This document shows positions 16,555 through 24,813 of a stretch of DNA of 39,707 nt, piece by piece. Position numbers and translations under genes: made by a program. Source of the stretch: an uncultured Clostridia bacterium (GTDB lineage Bacteria; Bacillota; Clostridia; TANB77; CAG-508); contig CALXJW010000002.1 of NCBI GenBank assembly GCA_944388725.1, positions 1-39,707 on the forward strand. The letters are read 5' to 3'. The notes beneath the pieces were generated by a model. That model saw only the letters and a list, made by a program, of their open reading frames with translations. It made no database searches and was not told where the DNA came from. The number at the start of each line of letters is the position of its first letter. The first letter of the stretch is position 1.

Positions 16555-17484
16555 TTATTTTAAAAATCCATTTATTATTTCTTCTTCTGCTTGTTTTTCT
16601 GTTAATCCTAATGTCATTAGTTTAATTAATTGTTCTCCTGCTATTTTTCCAATTGCTGCTTCATGTATTAGGTTTGCATCAATATTGTTTGCAACAATTT
16701 CTGGCGTTGATGTTACTTTTGCATTGTCTTTTATTATTGCATCACATTCTACATGTCCAAAACATTTTGCGTTTCCTTCTACTTTTGAATTAAATATTTG
16801 TTCTGATTGTTCTGTTGCTACTGATCTTGATGTTACTTTTACACTTGAATTTTCTCCATTTAATTTTACATCAAAATTTGTTTTGGCAAATTGTTTTCCA
16901 TGTGTCATTATTTTTTCTGTTACAACAAAATTAGTATCTTCTTCTAATACTGCATTTGTTGTTCTTATCGTTGAATCTACACCTTTAATTTGTATAGATT
17001 CCATATTTAATGATGCTCCTTTTTTTAAATGTACTTCTGTCACTGGATTTAGTATTCTTTTCCCATCTCCTGCTCCTTCTCCATAATGTTTTTCTATATA
17101 TTTTACTTTTGCTCCTTCTTCTAAAAAGAATCTGTGTATTCCATTATGTTCTGAATCTTTATGTTCATCATTATGTATTCCACATCCTGCTACAATTATT
17201 ACATTTGCGTTTTTCCCAATATAAAAGTCATTATATACTACATCTTTTAATCCACTTTCTGTTATTATTACTGGTATATGTACAAATTCAAATTTTGTAT
17301 TTTCTTTTACTATAATATCTATTCCTGATACATCTTTTTTTGTAACTATATTTATATTTTCTGTTATTTTTCTTTCTATGCCTTGTCCATTTTTTCTTAT
17401 GTTATATGCTCCTTTTATTTCTTCTACATCTACATCTGCTATTGTTTTTAATAATTCTTTATCGATTTTATCCATTACAATCAC
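16555..17484 (-). CDS. short SufB/SufD-family Fe-S cluster assembly scaffold protein (309 aa)
   Basis: SufBD beta-helix-like sequence, for example 'VIIVAGCGIHNDEHKDSEHNGIHRFFLEEGAKVKYIEKH', and C-terminal 'HEAAIGKIAGEQLIKLMTLGLTEKQAEEEII'. It overlaps the upstream ATPase gene by 17 nt. Confidence 0.75.
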   Translation of the reverse strand: MIVMDKIDKELLKTIADVDVEEIKGAYNIRKNGQGIERKITENINIVTKKDVSGIDIIVKENTKFEFVHIPVIITESGLKDVVYNDFYIGKNANVIIVAGCGIHNDEHKDSEHNGIHRFFLEEGAKVKYIEKHYGEGAGDGKRILNPVTEVHLKKGASLNMESIQIKGVDSTIRTTNAVLEEDTNFVVTEKIMTHGKQFAKTNFDVKLNGENSSVKVTSRSVATEQSEQIFNSKVEGNAKCFGHVECDAIIKDNAKVTSTPEIVANNIDANLIHEAAIGKIAGEQLIKLMTLGLTEKQAEEEIINGFLK

Positions 17485-18187
17485 CTCTTTTTAGTTTACA
17501 ACAATTTCCTTGTTTTGATATTGAATCTAGTATCTCTTCTTTTTGAGCTATTTTTTCAATTTTTCCGTTTTTTACTAGTATTACATTGTCTGCTATGTTT
17601 AGTATTCTTTCTTGATGTGTTACTATTAATATTGATGATTTTTGTGTTTTTTGTAATTCTTCAAATATTTGTATTAAATTATTAAAACTCCATAAGTCTA
17701 TTCCTGCTTCTGGTTCATCAAATATTGTTAATTTTGAGTCTCTTACTGCTATTGTTGCTATTTCTATTCTTTTTAATTCTCCCCCAGATAAAGAGTTGTT
17801 TATTTCTCTATCTATATATTCTTTTGCACATAGTCCTACATTTGATAATATTTCACATGCTTGTTTTTTGTTTATATCTTTTCCTGCTGATAATCTTATT
17901 ATGTCATATACTGTTATTCCTTTAAATTTTACTGGTTGCTGAAATGCAAATGATATTTTTCTTCTTGCTCTTTCGTCTATACTTAAATTTGTTATATCTT
18001 CACCATTAAATATTACTTGTCCACTATCTGGCATTTCTATTCCCATAATTATTTTACAGATTGTTGATTTTCCTGAACCGTTTGGTCCTGTTATTGCTAT
18101 TAATTTATTTTCATCTATTTTTAAATTTATATTATCTAATATTTTTTTGTTGCCTCTTGTGAAACATATATTTTTTAGTTCTATCAT
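17468..18187 (-). CDS. sufC: SufC-like ABC ATPase
   Basis: Walker A 'GPNGSGKST', signature 'LSGGELKR', Walker B 'LTIFDEPEAGID' and H-loop 'IVTHQ'. Confidence 0.85.
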   Translation of the reverse strand: MIELKNICFTRGNKKILDNINLKIDENKLIAITGPNGSGKSTICKIIMGIEMPDSGQVIFNGEDITNLSIDERARRKISFAFQQPVKFKGITVYDIIRLSAGKDINKKQACEILSNVGLCAKEYIDREINNSLSGGELKRIEIATIAVRDSKLTIFDEPEAGIDLWSFNNLIQIFEELQKTQKSSILIVTHQERILNIADNVILVKNGKIEKIAQKEEILDSISKQGNCCKLKRGDCNG

Positions 18188-18201
18188 TTTTTACTTCCTT
18201 T

Positions 18202-18669
18202 CTATCCTAATATTTTTGTATATAAATGTGACAATGGTCTTTTACATTCTCTACATCTTTCATTTTCCCAACTATGATTACATTTTAATTCATCTATTTT
18301 TAATGCTTTTGTCATAAATTGCTCCAACTTTTCTTCGGTTTCTTCTGAAATAGCACTTTTTATTTTTGCAGAATCTTTACTTGCTGTAATTTCATCTACC
18401 CCTAATATTTCTATTAAAAATATTTTTACTACATCATGTTTTTTCAATATGTTTTGTGCAATTTTTTTGCCTTTTTCTGTTAATGATATATCTGAATATG
18501 GTTCATAACTTATTATTCCTTTTTCTTTTAGTGTTTTCATTGCTCTGTTTACACTTGGTTTTGTAACTATCATTTCTTCTGCTATGTCTGTTACTCTTAT
18601 TCTGTCTTCATTTTGTTCTAATATATATATTGTTGTTATATATTCTTCTAATGATTTTGTTAGGTCCAT
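18202..18669 (-). CDS. DtxR/MntR-family metal-dependent transcriptional repressor
   Basis: wHTH 'RVTDIAEEMIVTKPSVNRAMKTLKEKGIISYEPY' followed by a dimerisation domain and a Cys-rich tail 'CNHSWENERCRECK'. I prefer the ATG at 18669, after 'gaaggaag', over the TTG at 18687. Confidence 0.85.
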   Translation of the reverse strand: MDLTKSLEEYITTIYILEQNEDRIRVTDIAEEMIVTKPSVNRAMKTLKEKGIISYEPYSDISLTEKGKKIAQNILKKHDVVKIFLIEILGVDEITASKDSAKIKSAISEETEEKLEQFMTKALKIDELKCNHSWENERCRECKRPLSHLYTKILG

Positions 18670-18702
18670 TTTTCTTCCTTCTTTCAATTTATATATCTTT
18701 TT

Positions 18703-18751
18703 TAAAAAAGAACAAATAAGAAAAATCTTTGATTTTTCTTTAATTTGTTCT
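18703..18751 (-). terminator. strong hairpin plus T-run inside the leader of the repressor-suf operon (attenuator-like)
   Basis: AGAACAAAT (18709-18717) pairs with ATTTGTTCT (18743-18751). This encloses an inner stem AAGAAAAATC/GATTTTTCTT. On the minus strand the hairpin is followed by TTTTT, about 35 nt before the ATG. Confidence 0.5.
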
Positions 18752-18853
18752 GCCCGATTTGAGTTTTCGACTAAAAGGAGAAAATCTCAAAGGGCTAGCG
18801 ATTATAGCTTTTTATATAATAGGAATGTATAACTTTCCTATTATACAAAAAAT

Positions 18854-18877
18854 AAATGTTAGCGTACGCTAACATTT
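18854..18877 (-). terminator. perfect 24-bp palindrome AAATGTTAGCGTACGCTAACATTT; terminator of the AlkD-like gene and possible operator
   Basis: It starts 9 nt after the stop codon at 18886. On the minus strand it is followed by ATTTTTT and then TATAAT (18839-18844). Confidence 0.6.
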
Positions 18878-18885
18878 TACTATTT

Positions 18886-19578
18886 TTATTGTTTTTTGTC
18901 AATATATTTGTAACTTTTTAAATCTTTTTTCTCTTCCTTAGTTACTCTATAAGATTCACATATTTTTTGTATTGCTTTATTTTGAGTGAATTTATCTAAA
19001 TTATTATTTTTTATATATTCTAAAGTTTTATCTTTTTGCTTTATATATGCAAAAGATAACATCCATGCAATTGCCATTTGTGCATAATAATCTTTACTTG
19101 TTATTTTATCTATTCTCTCTAATACTTTGTCTATATATTCTTCTGTTAAATAATAATTTAAATACATTACAACTGCAAATCTTATTTCAAATTCCTTATT
19201 TGATTTTATATAATTTTCTAAAAAATCCCACATTTCTTTTTGATATTTTTTAGCAATTTTTAAATTACTGCAAGTTGTATCACATACTGCCCAACTATCT
19301 ATTTTAGGTATAAACTCTTTTAAATATTCAATAGTTTCTTCTATTGTTATTTTTGCATACCCAATTACTAAACCATGTAATACTAGCTCCTCATAATATT
19401 CATCTTTTACATTTTCTAAAAATTCTTTGTAATCATTTTTAGCTATTTCTTTTGCCATATTTCTTAAATATGGTATCCTTACACCTATAATATTATCTAC
19501 ATTTGGACATAAACTGCTATGAAATTCTTTGTATTTTAAGTCTTGTAATTCATATAATTTTTTTCTTATATCTTCCAT
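18886..19578 (-). CDS. DNA alkylation repair protein (AlkD-like HEAT-repeat family)
   Basis: 230-aa all-helical repeat protein with 'IDSWAVCDT', which resembles the conserved W-x-x-x-D motif of the family. RBS 'agaggtg'. Confidence 0.7.
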   Translation of the reverse strand: MEDIRKKLYELQDLKYKEFHSSLCPNVDNIIGVRIPYLRNMAKEIAKNDYKEFLENVKDEYYEELVLHGLVIGYAKITIEETIEYLKEFIPKIDSWAVCDTTCSNLKIAKKYQKEMWDFLENYIKSNKEFEIRFAVVMYLNYYLTEEYIDKVLERIDKITSKDYYAQMAIAWMLSFAYIKQKDKTLEYIKNNNLDKFTQNKAIQKICESYRVTKEEKKDLKSYKYIDKKQ

Positions 19579-19613
19579 ATATCACACCTCTTAATAGGTA
19601 TATGATATATTAT

Positions 19614-20153
19614 TTATTTTAATTTGTAAACCCCGTAAGTATCATCAATTGGATCTCTAAAATATTGTATTTTTATTGGATTAAAAGTATATACTAAAAA
19701 GCTCAAAAATAAAGATATTAATAATAAAATAGAAATTTTATTCAAATCTTCAATATTGTTATTAATCATTAATTTGTATATAACATATTCCCCTAAGAGT
19801 ACCGCTACAACAAAAGAACCTATATCTAAGACAGCAAAATTTTTTCCTATTATCCCCGTATATGTATAGAAAAATATCGTTATAAATGCCATTGCAACAA
19901 CTATCCCTATAGCTTGTGCAGTCCAATAATTTTTAATATCTTTTCCTATAACAAAATAACCTATTATTCCCATTATTAACATCGGAAAAAATACTAATTT
20001 TAAATGTTCCCATGTACTTTCATTTACAGCACTAAATATTGCTACTATTTTGTTCTCTCCAGACCATTTATATGTAAAATGTAATAGAGTTCCTACAATT
20101 AAAGTTAATATTACAACTATAACTTGCCATGTTTTTATTTTCAAACCAATCAT
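19614..20153 (-). CDS. integral membrane protein of unknown function, about 5 TM helices
   Basis: 179 aa and hydrophobic throughout. No catalytic motif recognised. Confidence 0.6.
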   Translation of the reverse strand: MIGLKIKTWQVIVVILTLIVGTLLHFTYKWSGENKIVAIFSAVNESTWEHLKLVFFPMLIMGIIGYFVIGKDIKNYWTAQAIGIVVAMAFITIFFYTYTGIIGKNFAVLDIGSFVVAVLLGEYVIYKLMINNNIEDLNKISILLLISLFLSFLVYTFNPIKIQYFRDPIDDTYGVYKLK

Positions 20154-20303
20154 CTCTTTATATAATATTACACATATTGTTTTTTATTCTTGTAATATTT
20201 TTGTAACAAAAAAGTAATATAATTGTAATACACTTTTTTGTATTATTATTGTATAATATATTTGACAAAATAATATACAAAAAGACAAAAAATGGAGGAT
20301 GCT

Positions 20304-21386
20304 ATGAGCATTGAATCAGATTTACGAAAAGATGGAATAAGAGTAGTCGATATACTTGACACAATGTCTGTGAATCGAATTGCTCATAATATCGCTACAA
20401 AATTGTGTAGTACTTTTCCAGAACTTTGTTTTAATGAAAATGACTTATTTATAAAATTATCAAGATTAAATATGTATAGAGCTACAATGCCAGAAGGAAT
20501 GGCAGAAGCAAATTATTTTTACAAAAATACTTCTATATATTTTAATGATAAAATTGCTTTTGAAGATTTAGAAGAATTCGCAATACATGAATGTATTCAC
20601 TATATTCAAGAAATAAAAGATAAAAAAAATAATCTTATACGTATGGGATTATGCAATTTTGATAATTTAAAAATAATTGGAATGGGGTTAAATGAAGCAG
20701 CTGTTCAATATATGACTTCTAAAGTTATAGGTATTGAAAAAGATTACGTAAAATATTTCGGAATTTCTTTTAGAACAATCAGTCCTTCATATTATCCATT
20801 AGAATGTAATTTAATTGAACAAATGGCATATTTAACTGGTGAATCAGTTTTATTTGATAGTACTATTACAAGTAATGATAAATTTAAAAATCACTTTATT
20901 GAGTTAACTTCTGAAAAAACTTATAATGATATTCAATATTGTATCGACAAGATTCTTGAATTGGAAGAAAATATCATTAAACTTGGCAACAAATTTTCTT
21001 CTTTTGACGAAAGAAATAAAAAAGTTGATAAAATAGTTTCTAAAACCGATGATTGTAAGATAAAAATTGCAGAATATTTTTGTAAAGCTCAAAATTTAAT
21101 TATAAAAAATTACTTTGATAAAGCTTTTAAAAAAATCACAAATTTAGAAGAACTTGATAATTATAGAAAGACATTAGAACATTATAGAGAATTAATTGGT
21201 CGAACAGATAATTATACTTTCTATGATGATTACTATACAGAAAAAATGTCCGCATTAGAACATAAATCTAATATCTTCGAAAATGGCGGAACAGAAACTG
21301 CTCTTGAATGTAAGAAAACAAATAAATTTGTTTCTTTCTTTAGAGCAATCAAAAACTTCGTAACAGGAGAAAAAATACATAATTAA
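20304..21386 (+). CDS. putative zinc metallopeptidase (HEXXH) with a long helical C-terminal domain
   Basis: 'EFAIHECIHYIQE' is an HEXXH motif. It is followed 39 residues later (His-to-Glu) by 'GLNEAAVQY', a possible third ligand Glu. I prefer the ATG at 20304, 5 nt after GGAGG, over the ATG at 20292. Confidence 0.55.
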   Translation: MSIESDLRKDGIRVVDILDTMSVNRIAHNIATKLCSTFPELCFNENDLFIKLSRLNMYRATMPEGMAEANYFYKNTSIYFNDKIAFEDLEEFAIHECIHYIQEIKDKKNNLIRMGLCNFDNLKIIGMGLNEAAVQYMTSKVIGIEKDYVKYFGISFRTISPSYYPLECNLIEQMAYLTGESVLFDSTITSNDKFKNHFIELTSEKTYNDIQYCIDKILELEENIIKLGNKFSSFDERNKKVDKIVSKTDDCKIKIAEYFCKAQNLIIKNYFDKAFKKITNLEELDNYRKTLEHYRELIGRTDNYTFYDDYYTEKMSALEHKSNIFENGGTETALECKKTNKFVSFFRAIKNFVTGEKIHN

Positions 21387-21440
21387 CTAATGATTTATAG
21401 TACACAAAAGATTTTAATATACTAAAATTTTCTACATTTT

Positions 21441-21498
21441 ACCAAAGATAACTTTACAAAAGACAAGCTTACAAATGATTACTTTTACTAATGATAAA
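21441..21498. repeat. four degenerate tandem 15-16 bp units carrying an AC(A/C/T)AA(A/T)GA(T/C) core, with two more cores upstream
   Basis: Cores: ACCAAAGAT at 21441, ACAAAAGAC at 21456, ACAAATGAT at 21471 and ACTAATGAT at 21487. Further copies are ACTAATGAT at 21386 and ACAAAAGAT at 21404. Confidence 0.5.
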
Positions 21499-21572
21499 AA
21501 GCATCTACCTATATACTAAAGAAAACTTTTTATCGAATCCTTACTTATGATCTTTTTTATTTACAAAAGATT

Positions 21573-21599
21573 AAAGACCTCTACCTCAGAGGTCTTTTT
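21573..21599. terminator. bidirectional intrinsic terminator
   Basis: AAAGACCTCT (21573-21582) pairs with AGAGGTCTTT (21588-21597) around a 5-nt loop. It is flanked by an A-rich and a T-rich run and sits directly after the stop codon of the GltD-like gene. Confidence 0.75.
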
Positions 21600-22856
21600 C
21601 TATTTTAAATACTCTATAATACTATTAGCTGCATCTCTTCCTGAACGAGCTGCCCATGCAACAGTTCCTTTAGCTCCCGCTAAATCTCCACCTGCAAATA
21701 TTTTTGGATTTGATGTTCTATTTTTTTCATCAATCTTAATGTATCCCCATTTATTTAACTCTATCCCTAGAGTTTTTACAATATCTTCTGGCATTGAACC
21801 TAATGCCATTACAATATAATCTATGTCTATAATATAGTTACTATTAGGTATATTAACTGGTACTTTTCTTGTTTCTCCTTCTTTTTGTATAAGTTCAGTT
21901 TTTATTAATTCTACCTTTTCCACTTTATCTTTTCCTATTATTTTAACAATATTATTTTGAAATAAGAATTCAATACCTTCTTCTTTTGCTTCTGCTATTT
22001 CTTTTACTTCAGCCGGCATTTGTTCCTCAGCTCTTCTGTAAATAACCTTTACTTCTTTTGCTCCTAATCTTTTTATTGTTCTAGCACAATCCATAGCAAC
22101 ATTTCCGCCACCTATTATTGCTACTTTTTTATTTGTATAATCCGGATGATTTTTATATTCTAATAATTGATTTCCACCATATACTCCATCTAATTCTTCT
22201 CCTTCTACTCCCATTTTAGTTGATATATTGGCTCCAAATGCTAAGAATATTGCATCATATTTTGTTTCTAATTCATTTAAAGATAAATTTTCACCTAATT
22301 CCATTCCGTATTTTACTTCTAGCCCTAAATCTATAATTTTTTGTATAGAATTTTTTACTATTTCTTTTGCAAGTCTAAATTCTGGAATTCCATGTACTAA
22401 TAATCCACCTAAATAATTATACTTTTCATATAAAGTAACAGAATATCCTTTTTTTAATAAAAATGCACTTGCCGTAAGTCCTGCTGGTCCTCCTCCTATT
22501 ATTGCTATCTTTTTATCTTTATGCTCATTATTTATTTTAGATATTTGATACTTTTCTTTTATTGCTATATCTCCGATAAAAGCTTCTAAATCTCCAATAT
22601 GTACAGGTGTTGACTTTATTCCTCTCACACATGAACCTTCACATTGTTTTTGATGTGGGCATATTCTTCCACAAATAGCTTCTAATACTGTTGTTTCTGA
22701 TAATATTTCATATGCTTTTTCATAATTTTTTTCTTTTATTTCTTTTATAAATCCAGGTATATTATTATTTAGTGGACATCCTTTTTGTGAGCATGGTTTT
22801 ATAGGGCAGTTTAAACAATACTTTGCTTTTTCTTGTATTTCTTCTAATTTTTCCAT
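21600..22856 (-). CDS. GltD/NfnB-family NAD(P)H-dependent oxidoreductase (glutamate synthase small-subunit-like)
   Basis: N-terminal Cys clusters 'CLNCPIKPCSQKGCP' and 'CGRICPHQKQCEGSC'. Two Rossmann motifs, 'IAIIGGGPAGLT' and 'VAIIGGGNVAMD'. Confidence 0.85.
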   Translation of the reverse strand: MEKLEEIQEKAKYCLNCPIKPCSQKGCPLNNNIPGFIKEIKEKNYEKAYEILSETTVLEAICGRICPHQKQCEGSCVRGIKSTPVHIGDLEAFIGDIAIKEKYQISKINNEHKDKKIAIIGGGPAGLTASAFLLKKGYSVTLYEKYNYLGGLLVHGIPEFRLAKEIVKNSIQKIIDLGLEVKYGMELGENLSLNELETKYDAIFLAFGANISTKMGVEGEELDGVYGGNQLLEYKNHPDYTNKKVAIIGGGNVAMDCARTIKRLGAKEVKVIYRRAEEQMPAEVKEIAEAKEEGIEFLFQNNIVKIIGKDKVEKVELIKTELIQKEGETRKVPVNIPNSNYIIDIDYIVMALGSMPEDIVKTLGIELNKWGYIKIDEKNRTSNPKIFAGGDLAGAKGTVAWAARSGRDAANSIIEYLK

Positions 22857-22938
22857 TTTTATCTTTTCTCCAATTTTTAAATTTTAGCTTTATTTTATAT
22901 TGTTTTTATATATAATGTCAATTCAAATGACCAACTGT

Positions 22939-23490
22939 TTAGTTTTTCATTTTTTCTACAACTTCTTTTAAGTCTTTTATGAAATCTATTTTCTTAGTTT
23001 CATCTCGTAACAATGCTGCTGGATGCCATGTTGGCATATAAAATATACCTTTTTTCTCAATCCATTTTCCTCTACTTGCTGTAATTCCATATTCTTGTCC
23101 TAATATATTTTTTAATGCTACACTTCCTAGCAAAACTATAATTTCAGGTTTTATTAATATAACTTGATTTCTCAAGTAATCTAAGCATGCCATTGCTTCA
23201 TCATTTTCTGGATTTCTATTTGAAGGTGGTCTACATTTTACAATATTAGTTATATAAACTTTTTCTCTATCAATTCCAACAGTTTCAAATGCCATATTCA
23301 TTAACTTTCCTGCTTTTCCAACAAATGGTCTTCCTTGTATATCTTCATCTGCTCCAGGTCCCTCACCAATAAACATTAATTTTGTACTTTTGTTACCTTC
23401 TCCCAAAACAATATTATTTCTATTTTGGCATAATCTACATTTTTTACAATTTTTTATTGATTCTTCTAATTGCTCCCAATTATCGTACAT
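22939..23490 (-). CDS. family-4 uracil-DNA glycosylase
   Basis: 'CKKCRLC', 'GEGPGADED', 'FVGKAG' and 'HPAALLR'. Confidence 0.9.
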   Translation of the reverse strand: MYDNWEQLEESIKNCKKCRLCQNRNNIVLGEGNKSTKLMFIGEGPGADEDIQGRPFVGKAGKLMNMAFETVGIDREKVYITNIVKCRPPSNRNPENDEAMACLDYLRNQVILIKPEIIVLLGSVALKNILGQEYGITASRGKWIEKKGIFYMPTWHPAALLRDETKKIDFIKDLKEVVEKMKN

Positions 23491-23501
23491 ATTTTCACAT
23501 C

Positions 23502-24284
23502 CTATATTTCAAATATTCTATTAGCATTTTCATAAGTTATTTTTGCAATTTCTTCTATATTCACATTTTTTATTTCTGATATTTTTTGAGCAACATATTT
23601 AACATTTCTAGAGTCATTTCTTTTGCCCCTATGTGGTTCTGGTGTTAAATATGGACTATCAGTTTCTATTAAAATTCTATCCAATGGTACCATTTTTACA
23701 ACATCTACTGAATTTTTAGCATTCTTAAAAGTTATCGGTCCTGCAAAAGATATATAAAATCCTAATTCTAGTGCTTGTCTTACCATTTCTTGATTTGGTT
23801 GGCAACAATGGAATATTCCTTTTTTATTTACTGGATTTTTCGTTAATATATCTATTGTATCAATAGATGCATCTCTAGAATGAATTACTATCGGTAAATT
23901 TAATTTATTTGCTAATTCTATTTGTTTAATAAATGCTTGTTTTTGTAATTCTTTGTTTTCTTTATTCCAATAATAATCTAATCCAATTTCTCCTATTGCA
24001 ACTAATTTTTTTCCAATATTTTGACTTGCAATTTTTGAAATTTCTCCTATATCTTTCCACAATTCTGCTTCAAATTGTGGAATATCATTTGGCGAAATGC
24101 CACATATTGAATAAATAAATTTGTATTTTTGGGACATTTCTATTGCCTTCTTTGATGATTCTAAATTATACCCTGCCACAATAAATCTTGTAACACCAGA
24201 ATTATATGTTTCTGCTATTACTTGTTCTCTATCCTCATCAAATTTTTCATCATTATAATGTGAATGTGAATCAAAAAGTTCCAT
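23502..24284 (-). CDS. tatD: TatD-family metal-dependent hydrolase/DNase
   Basis: 'DSHSHY', 'GEIGLDY', 'VIHSRDA' and 'ETDSPYLTP'. Confidence 0.9.
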   Translation of the reverse strand: MELFDSHSHYNDEKFDEDREQVIAETYNSGVTRFIVAGYNLESSKKAIEMSQKYKFIYSICGISPNDIPQFEAELWKDIGEISKIASQNIGKKLVAIGEIGLDYYWNKENKELQKQAFIKQIELANKLNLPIVIHSRDASIDTIDILTKNPVNKKGIFHCCQPNQEMVRQALELGFYISFAGPITFKNAKNSVDVVKMVPLDRILIETDSPYLTPEPHRGKRNDSRNVKYVAQKISEIKNVNIEEIAKITYENANRIFEI

Positions 24285-24293
24285 GTTTTCCTC

Positions 24294-24671
24294 CTATTTA
24301 TGTAATACCACAACATTTGCTGTAGCATACAATTTACAATGCGATATACTTAAATCTATATTCTCTATATTTTTAATAATTTCTGTTTTTAATATATTTA
24401 CATGTGGTTTTCCATTTTCATCATTTATTATCTCTATATCTTGCCATGATATATCATATTTATTTTGAAATAATTCTGATACTGCTTTAAAAACCGCTTC
24501 TTTAGCCGCAAACCTTGCAGCATAATGTTGATATTTTTGACTCTTTTTGCTTTCACAATATTCTATCTCACTCTTAGTATAAACTCTTTCACAAAATTTA
24601 CCATCAGTTTCTTCTATACTTTCTTTTATTCTATCAATTTCTATTATATCTGTTCCACATTTAATTTTCAT
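24294..24671 (-). CDS. acpS: holo-[acyl-carrier-protein] synthase
   Basis: 'GTDIIEIDRI', 'FAAKEAVFKA' and 'LSISH'. Length 125 aa. Confidence 0.9.
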   Translation of the reverse strand: MKIKCGTDIIEIDRIKESIEETDGKFCERVYTKSEIEYCESKKSQKYQHYAARFAAKEAVFKAVSELFQNKYDISWQDIEIINDENGKPHVNILKTEIIKNIENIDLSISHCKLYATANVVVLHK

Positions 24672-24747
24672 TTCTATAAAATCCCTTTCAGTATAAAATC
24701 TTCAATTATAAACTTAATCCATATAAATCTACACGTTTGTAAAAAAA

Positions 24748-24805
24748 TTACCATAAAGAACGATCCATGGTAAAATAATTACCACCAACAACGTTCCCAT
24801 GGTAA
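24748..24805 (-). terminator. two tandem related hairpins ending the spoIIE-linked operon
   Basis: TTACCA (24779-24784) pairs with TGGTAA (24800-24805). TTACCAT (24748-24754) pairs with ATGGTAA (24767-24773). On the minus strand the second hairpin is followed by a 7-nt T-run. Confidence 0.65.
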
Positions 24806-24813
24806 ATTGTTGT

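Noticed and set aside
16475-17086. Long antisense ORFs opposite real genes. This one is 203 aa; others are 4601-5047, 14935-15354, 34845-35240, 35263-35655, 35944-36360 and 33852-34208.
   Set aside because: Each lies entirely inside a well-supported gene on the other strand. They have Phe/Leu/Ile/Ser-rich, low-complexity translations and no RBS. This is a typical artefact of AT-rich, codon-biased genomes.
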